Shown here piece by piece: positions 55,488 to 64,000 of a stretch of 64,000 nucleotides of DNA. A program made the translations under genes and the position numbers. The stretch covers positions 98,580,001 through 98,644,000 of the forward strand of contig OX597824.1 of NCBI GenBank assembly GCA_951406725.2, written 5' to 3'. The stretch is from Octopus vulgaris. Taxonomy: Eukaryota. The notes beneath the pieces were generated by a model. The model ran no database searches. It was not told the origin of the DNA and saw only the letters and a list, made by a program, of their open reading frames with translations. How positions within the stretch are numbered: the first letter of the stretch is position 1; each line of letters begins with the position of its first letter.

Positions 55488-55543
<56 letters not shown>
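54546..55543. repeat. ~1-kb (ATT)n array with higher-order variants
   Basis: Recurrent TTTTTATCGTC (x4) and TTTTTGGTA (x3) interruptions. Confidence 0.95.
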
Positions 55544-55545
<2 letters not shown>

Positions 55546-55771
55546 CTATCATCCTCACCTCCTCCGTCATCATCAGTTATCACTATCACGACCATCGCCG
55601 CCGTCGCCTTCACTACCAAGGCAGCCGCCCCTACCACCATCACCACCATTACTCCATCACCGCCGCCACCAACAGCTGACAGTAAGAACATCAACATCAA
55701 CATCTCTCCATCCCTCCGACTAGCCGGGCAGCATCTGCTTTTCGGCACAATCCACCAGTGCCAACCGCCAA

Positions 55772-56055
55772 ACCATCCATCCCCCCATCTCTCTCTCTCT
55801 CTCTCTCTTTCTTTCTCTCTCTACCTATCTTTTTCTCTCGCTTTCTGTGTCTCAATTTCTCTCTCTCTCTCTCTTTCCCTCTCTCTCTCTCCGACTTTCC
55901 ATCCCTCCATCTATCCATCCCCCCATCTCTCCCTCTCTCTCTTTCCTTCTTTCTCTCTCTACCTATCTTTTTCTCTCGCTTTCTCTGTTTCAATGTCTCT
56001 CCCCCCCCTCTCTCTCTCTCTCCCTCTCTCCCTCTTTCCATCCATCCATCCATCC
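55772..56055. repeat. ~140-bp tandem duplication of a CT-rich unit
   Basis: CCATCCCCCCATCTCTC...CTACCTATCTTTTTCTCTCGCTTTCT occurs twice. Confidence 0.85.
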
Positions 56056-56297
56056 AGCAGACCGTGCAGCCAGATCAGTCAAACAGTTCGACTGACAGTA
56101 GGCTGAACCAGTTAATCAGCTGTTGAGTGAGAGTGAGACTAATGAATGAGAGTGAGAGAGTGACTGTTGAGTGAGAGATTGAGTGTGTAGCTAAGCTAGT
56201 TGTGTGTTGTAGTCAGTGTCAGTCTAAGGAGGTATACACACCACAACACAACAGCAAAACACATCATCATCATCACCATCTCAGTATCTCTCTGACC

Positions 56298-56325
56298 ATG
56301 TCTGCCGCCGATACCGCCGCTACAC
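56298..56325 (+). CDS. Candidate first coding exon of an unknown host gene (MSAADTAAT, phase-1 intron)
   Basis: ACC-ATG context; GC-rich codons TCT GCC GCC GAT ACC GCC GCT ACA C, then consensus donor GTGAGT (56326-31). TCAGT Inr-like motifs and a CT tract lie upstream. No homology evidence. Confidence 0.4.
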
Positions 56326-56370
56326 GTGAGTTTCAACTTTAGCACATCTATAATATTATTATTATTATTA

Positions 56371-56441
<71 letters not shown>

Positions 56442-57471
56442 TTATTGTTATTATTTTAAATTGGGGAATTTTGTTGGTTTTTCTTATTCCTTTTATCGTA
56501 TTCGCGTAATTTTGTGCGAAACCCAACTTGGCCCTTGTTTTGTATTGTTCCTTTTCCTTATCTGTTTGGCCCTTGTGGCCAATGAAGAAAAGGTTATTAT
56601 TATCGTTGTTGTTGTTGTGGTTAATTAACACTAATTAACACACTGTTGTAATTACCAATCTTTACTAAACCTTGGCGAAGTCAATCTAGACCGGCACATT
56701 ACATCTCACTAAAACTTGTTTACGCAACGTTGTATTGGCTGTGGTGGCGCTGGTGGTGGTGGAAACGGTGGTGACGATGGTGGTGGTGGTGGTGGTGGTG
56801 GTGGTGGTGGTGCCGGTGCTGGTGGTTGCGATGTAGTGCTTGTGGTATTGGTTGTAGTACTGGCGTGGTTAATATTGTGGCATCGGTGGTGGCTCGGGTT
56901 AGTTACAATGTTTTATTGTGGTATTGGCTGTGGTGCTGCTGTTGTGGTGTTTGGAAGTGTTGTTTACCTGTACTAGTACTAGTTGTGGTGCTGGTTGTAG
57001 TACTGGCAAAGATGTTGCTTTGGTGTTTAAGTATTATGCGGCACTTAATGAGAGTGTTAAAGCTCCACGTTCAAATCAGGCAGAAGTCCCTTTGATATTC
57101 CATCCACCCAGGGTCCATAAAATAAGGTACCTGTCGATTCAGCGGAATATTTCCCTCTCCTAAAATGTGGGTCCCCGTGTTGTGTGTGTGTGTGTGTGTG
57201 TATGTGAGTGTATTCTATGTGCTTGTGTGCGAATGCGTGTGTATGTGTCTGTTCGTTTGTTTTCTTTCATAACGGATTGTTTTACCAAGCTTCGTTTGGA
57301 TTTCGGTCTTACATCAGAGATAAGCATGCAGATGCGTGTGCGTACACATATGTATACATACACATACACAAACACACACACACACATGCATGCCTGCATA
57401 TATAATGCACATTTATGTATGTACATGGGCATGTGTGTATATGTGTACATATATATATATTTGTATATACA

Positions 57472-57593
<122 letters not shown>

Positions 57594-58124
57594 CATATTC
57601 ATATATGTATATATAGATATATATATATAATTACATATGCATACACAGGTGTGTATATGTGTGTGACGGTGTAAACAAGGTGTATAAAGTGTTTTCTCAT
57701 GCAGAGAAAAATGTATTTATCTCATCAGTGACAGAGCAGACCTAGATCAAATGTGATCCAGCCATGACCACCCTGTCATAATAAGACTCACTTAATGACA
57801 ACATTATCTTATGTGTCCTTCCATTGTTTTCAATAAATATAAAATCTGATGGAGAATTGCCTGCTGTTTCTAGCTGTTCGATCGACCACGTTTCCGTCTC
57901 CTTGTTGTTGTTACTGTTGTTGTTGCTGTTGCTGCTGTTGCAGTAGATATTCCAGCATAAGTATATCCACTGCTAGTACTGGACAAGTGCATCTACGACT
58001 GCTGCTGCAGGCAGTGGATCTACTGCAACCAGTGCAGGTGCAGCCCTGCTGCTGCTGCGATGTCAACAGTATGGGATTCGGCATCCATATGCACAATGAA
58101 ACTACCTCAACACCCGAACATACA

Positions 58125-58169
<45 letters not shown>

Positions 58170-58259
58170 ACATAAGCGCATGAACGCATAAACATACACT
58201 CGCATGAATACATATATATATATACACACATATATTCATATACACGTATACATACATAC

Positions 58260-58307
<48 letters not shown>

Positions 58308-58425
58308 CACGTTTGTATGCATGTGTATATGTTCATATAGACACTCATACACCTGCACAGGTGCACACACATAAACACACCTGCACAAAAACACGCAAAC
58401 ACGAGCGCGCACCTTGCATGACACT

Positions 58426-58482
<57 letters not shown>

Positions 58483-59879
58483 CGCTGCTGGTGTCTGTAT
58501 TTTTTCCTGTTGTTTTTGTTGTTGCACTTGTTGTTGTTGAAATAGAGTGGTGGTGGTGGTTGGTGGTGGTGGTGGGTGGTGGTGGTGGTGGTGGTGGTGG
58601 TGGTGGTGATGACATATGTCTTATCTCAAGGCTTCAATACCTGATGACGCCGTGATGACAGACTGAGAGAGAGAAAGAGAAAGAGAGAGAGAAAGAGGGA
58701 GGGAGAGGAGGAAAGAAAGAAGGAAACAAACAAGCAAAGTAACGTCACCAGTAATTGACTGCTACTTTTTTATCGTCCACGAATGAATAGAAAAGGAAAA
58801 CGGCGGGATTAGAACTCAGAGCGCAGACAACTGAGTTTAACACTCTGCCACCACCCCACCCATACGTACACACATTTCCTTATTTAGTAAGTAAACAAAG
58901 TACATATCCTATCTTTGGAACCTCTTGTGTTCAGGATGTCTACACTTCACGCATTGGCTGTTAAAAAGCAGTAATATACTGGGGCTTGGACCAATTAATT
59001 AGCACCAATTCTGTATATGAACCGGCCAGTTTGATTGTTGCACACAAACACATACACGGCATCAAATCAGCGACTGAATTGAAGCTTGCATGTTACAACT
59101 TTCGTCTAAGTCTTTTACTTTTCATCTTTTCCCCTTTCTTCTTCAATAATTATGTTTTTCTGATAAAGTGTTTACATCCGAAACGTCATATACAGATCCA
59201 TTTCTCCGAGCATAAAATTAAATATCTTAAAATTTCAAGCTACCTTCATGTCATTTTTGTGATGTAATTTTTTTTATTTATGCCTGCCTATCTGTCTGTC
59301 TTGCTACCCGTCTATAGCTACAAATAGGTAGAAAGATAGACAGATCATGTGTATTCTCTCCTGATGACTCCTGAATCCTACAAGTGCACTGAATCTTATT
59401 GACAGCCCTTTCACAAGCCAGCTGTTTGCAAGTCTCCGTATATATATTTGTGTGTGTGTGCGTGTGTGTGTGCGTGTGTGTGTGTGTGCGTGTGTGTGTG
59501 TGTGCGTGTGTGTGTGTGTGTGTAAAAACAGCATAAAGCGAATCACCGACGTAACAGGCGTCCCGTTACATTAAAGACATCATCCAGATTCTATAAATAT
59601 TTAAAATCCACACAACGATTCTTGCTACGAAAAGGTGGTTTTTTATGAGATCCCCGTTAAACCTTCACCAGATGGCGTTAAAACATGGCGTGATCAACAG
59701 ACCTGCTGGCATTGGCGGGAATTCGACGAGAAAAACGACGACCGGGAGTTAAAGTTGATGCAATCCAAAATATATTCTAATAACATCCACAAAATATTTC
59801 AATCTCGTTAATATTCAAATCCTTTTGCAATATTTCGTTGATAATTCGAACACCTGAGCTTTTTCTATGGATACGTAAG

Positions 59880-60130
59880 TAGTGCCAGTGGTTAGTGGTT
59901 AGGGTGTTGCATTCCTGAACGTAAGATTGTGGTTTCGATTCCTAGACCAGGCAATGCATTGTATTCAGGAGTATAATACTTCAATTCCTGTTGCTCCAGT
60001 CCCCACTGCTGGCAAAAATGAGTAAACCCTGCGACAAACCGGACTTCTGTCCAGGCAGGGAATTTATACGCCACAGAATCTGGGAAACCCGTGTTAACGT
60101 GCCTATAGCTCAGGAGGGGCCGTTATGGAA
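59880..60130 (+). mobile_element. tRNA-derived (CORE-like) SINE
   Basis: GTGGTTAGTGGTTAGGGTGTT...GGTTTCGATTCCT...GTTGCTCCAGTCCCCACTGCTGGCAAAAATGAGT. Confidence 0.65.
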
Positions 60131-60569
60131 AGCTTTCTGTCTTTCTTTTTCTGTTACTTTCTTTTTTCTTGCAGTTATGATAGTATTTGAGTTTCCTTCA
60201 TAACTGTCTTCGATAAATTCTGGTTGGTTTTTCTTAAAAATCCCGCCAAACCGTTGTTTATATAAATCACTTACATTAATAATCGATCTGTTTGTGGTTG
60301 ATATCGTTCTTCTTCTAAATTATTGTTGATGTTGCTGTTGTTGTTGTTAATGGTAAAGATATTCTCGGTGTTGTTCTTATTGTTATTGTGGTTGTTTCCG
60401 GCGCCATACTTTACGTTCCAATCCCATTCGGATCAATGTTGACCCCTTCCGGGTCGGTCGACTGCACCCTTGTCCCTCATCTACGGCCCTCTGCTTCTCA
60501 TTGTTGTTGTTGTTAGTGTTGGTGTTTTACTCGCTCATGTTGTTGTTCTTATTAGTATTTCTTATTACA

Positions 60570-60710
60570 ACTCCGCCGAGGTCGACTTTGGTTTTCGTCC
60601 TTTCGGGGTCGACAAAAGAAGTACCACTGGAGGGGGGGGGGGTCCGATGTAATCGACTTAACTCCTCCCTACTCAAAATTGCTGGCCGTGTGCCAAAATG
60701 TGAAACCAAT
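60570..60710 (+). mobile_element. SINE fragment
   Basis: CCGCCGAGGTCGACTTT...CCTTTCGGGGTCG...GATGTAATCGACTT...AAAATTGCTGGCC. Confidence 0.75.
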
Positions 60711-60721
60711 ATTTACGATCT

Positions 60722-60765
<44 letters not shown>

Positions 60766-60766
60766 G

Positions 60767-60832
<66 letters not shown>

Positions 60833-61068
60833 CGCACAAAGCCATAAACATACACTCGTGAACGGATATATGTATATATATATGTGTGTGTGTGTGTGTT
60901 TGTGTACGTATGTATGTATGTGCATATTTATATACATACATACCTATATACATGCAATAAACATTAGTAACAACAATATATAGACACGCACACACATATC
61001 TTTACACTTTTATCAACATGCCCACCACACACACACACACATATGTGTGTATGTATATACATACATAT

Positions 61069-61127
<59 letters not shown>

Positions 61128-61132
61128 TACAA

Positions 61133-61179
<47 letters not shown>

Positions 61180-61539
61180 TACATATATACACACTACCAC
61201 ACCCCTTTGTATTATTTCTCCTTCTCTTCTCTCACTCTCACTCTTCCTCCGCCCTCTCCCCTTTCCCCTCTTACTCTCCCCCTCCCTCCCTCCCTCCCTC
61301 CATCTCGCCTTTTTTCTTCCGTTTTTTCAGTATTTGACTACATCTTGTGTATGTATATCACTCTAAGCACCTATCCACCTGCCTATGTGTCTATGCATCT
61401 ACTTGTGTGTGTGTGTGTGTGTGTGTTCATGCGTTTTCGGTGTTTATAGATTCACTGTGTCACTTTCTTTCCATATGCGTCTCTATATTTATGCATGTAT
61501 ATTGTATATATGCGTATTTTCGCCACTGTTTCGTTTCTG

Positions 61540-61724
61540 TGTCTGTGTGTGCGTGTGTGTGTATGTGTGTGCGTGTGTGCGTATGTGTGTGTGTGTGCGT
61601 ATGTGTGTGCGTGTGTGTGTATGTGTGTGCGTGTGTGCGTATGTGTGTGTGTGTGCGTATGTGTGTGCGTGTGTGCGTATGTGTGTGTGCATCTTTCTGC
61701 GTATATGTGTTACTGCACTTACGC

Positions 61725-61755
<31 letters not shown>

Positions 61756-62548
61756 CGTGCGCGAGTATTGTGTATAATTGTATGGAATACATATATGTAT
61801 ATATCTGTGCATGTATGTATGAGTGTGTGTAAGTATGTATGTATGTTTGTACGTACGTACGTACGTACGTATGTATGTATGTATGTATGTACGTATGTAT
61901 GTGTGTGTGTATGTATGTATGTATGTACGTACGTACGTATGTATGCTTGTATGTATGTTTGTACGTACGTACGTACGTACGTATGTATGTATGTATGTAT
62001 GTATGTACGTATGTATGTGTGTGTGTATGTATGTATGTATGTACGTACGTACGTATGTATGTTTGTATGTATGTTTGTACGTACGTACGTACGTACGTAT
62101 GTATGTATGTATGTATGTATGTATGTATGTATGTACGTATGTATGTGTGTGTGTATGTATGTATGTATGTACGTACGTACGTATGTATGTTTGTATGTAT
62201 GTTTGTACGTACGTACGTACGTATGTATGTATGTATGTATGTATGTATGTATGTATGTATGTATGTATGTATGTATGTATGTATGTATATATGTATGTAC
62301 GTACGTATGTATGTATGTATGTTTGTACGTACGTACGTATGTATGTATGTATGTATGTATGTATGTACGTATGTATGTATGTATGTACGTATGTATGTAT
62401 GTATGTATGTATGCATGCATGCATGCATGTATGTACATGTATGTATGAATGTATGTATGTATGTATGTATGTATGTATGTATGTATGTATGTATGTACGT
62501 ATGTACGTACGTACGTACGTATGTATGTATGTATGTGTTTATGTATGT
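61540..62548. repeat. (GT)n and (TATG/TACG)n compound microsatellite with higher-order units
   Basis: Direct reading of the sequence. Confidence 0.95.
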
Positions 62549-62864
62549 CTCCAAGCATAACAGCTTCTTTTTGCATCCACGTCATTCTAGGTTCCATTCT
62601 ACATCGTGATAAATTGCCGAAGTATCTTCCACTTCGACTATAGTTTTGCATTCACCAATACGGTGCCAGTTTTATTTGAGTAAGCGGAAACTGTGCTGAA
62701 GCGCGTTGTGTATATACATATATACACAACGGAGATGTACTTGCATAGCAAGTGACCTGATCTGAGATCGTGTGCTGGAACGAAAACAATTGCAGCGTGG
62801 AAGGTGTTTATAAGTCATTTAAAAACACCCAAAAACAGTTAGAATCACTTCAACATTTAAATTT

Positions 62865-62920
62865 AATTTGCCAAAATATTTTCGTCGCTTTGAGATCGCA
62901 ACGTGATCACTGACAAAATT
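62865..62920 (-). ncRNA. Minimal type I hammerhead-like motif with G3-C8 core variant, within a (TA)n-flanked ~200-bp unit (62725-62930)
   Basis: Minus strand reads AATTTTGTCA-GTGATCA-C-GTTGC(GATCTCAAA)GCGAC-GAAA-ATAT-T-T-TGGCAAATT, with a 7-bp stem I, a 5-bp stem II and a palindromic stem III AATATT. Confidence 0.55.
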
Positions 62921-62926
62921 CCATGC

Positions 62927-62992
<66 letters not shown>

Positions 62993-62997
62993 TATAC

Positions 62998-63125
<128 letters not shown>

Positions 63126-63249
63126 CCAGGAGTCGCAAGTTCATAGGAGCCTGGCCTAGTCAGTAACAATATGGTTCTCAATACACACACACAGATATAT
63201 ACACATATATATATATGTATATATATATATGTATATATATATGTATATA

Positions 63250-63290
<41 letters not shown>

Positions 63291-63789
63291 GCGCGCGCGC
63301 ATATATATGTATGATCCAGGTGTGCTTATTATTTTACGCCACTCTCGAAAGCGGTCTTATACCGCTTTACATTCTGTGACTTAACATTCCGAACCATAGA
63401 TATCGATAAAATAATAATCAAACTGAAACAAGGAATGAGTTCGATCCGCTCCAATATGGTGTGTGTGTGTGCGCGGGCGCGCGTATTGTGCCTTATGTCG
63501 AGGTATGTCATCCCATATTTATATATAGTGCTGCAGTATGGTCGTAGTCCACGAACAAAAAGGAATCAAAGAATAAAACGGAATCGCGCACCTTTAACAT
63601 ATTTTGGGCGAATAATTTCACAGGAAACAGAAAATAAAACTATTTAAAATTTTTCACTCTGAGACAGAAACAGACAGACAGACAGACAGACAAAACAGAT
63701 ATTTGTGTGCTTGGTCGCATGTATATACCTATGTGTATATGCGTGTGTGTGTGTGTGTATGTATGTTTATGTGTATGTGTGTGTATATA

Positions 63790-63853
<64 letters not shown>

Positions 63854-64000
63854 TGTATGTATACACACAGGCATATATATATACATCACAGAGAGGGACA
63901 GCCACATATATGTATATGTATTTGTGTGTGTATGTGAGTGTAAGTAATATATATATGTGTGTGTGTGTGTAAGTGTACTTCATCACATATGTATATATCT

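Noticed and set aside
54532-55723. 380-394 aa poly-L/I/Y ORFs (also 46450-47070)
   Set aside because: They are translations of (ATT)n/(ATC)n arrays.
58641-58666. CTGATGA / TGATGA...CTGA as a hammerhead or C/D snoRNA (also CTGATGA at ~5915, ~24824 and ~59361)
   Set aside because: There is no stem II plus GAAA in register, and the box C-D distance is too short.

Overview
This is AT-rich, microsatellite-saturated eukaryotic DNA. The SINE types and repeat landscape suggest an octopus or related cephalopod (inference). Nearly all long ORFs in the track are translations of simple repeats, and no host protein-coding gene is confidently identifiable. The only candidate is a short first exon near 56.3 kb. 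Supported content: (1) a young, 5'-truncated CR1/L2-group LINE (APE endonuclease + RT, single frameshift) at 1.5-4.5 kb, whose 3' tail is shared with local tRNA-SINEs; (2) a 12-kb pile-up (42.5-54.5 kb) of at least four families of R4/Dong-type RLE retrotransposons, all co-oriented inside (TAA)n arrays, together with four pieces of a ~580-bp non-autonomous element with pseudoknot potential; (3) mariner, hAT, RTE, Tx1-like and CR1 remnants; (4) many SINEs and several foldback structures. The most unusual signal is about nine hammerhead-ribozyme-like motifs from several unrelated Penelope-like or retrozyme-like repeat ends, mostly near (TA)n tracts. They include canonical cores, two tandem pairs ~200-225 nt apart, and a G3-C8 compensated core variant. 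All RNA structures were paired by eye; no folding or database search was run.
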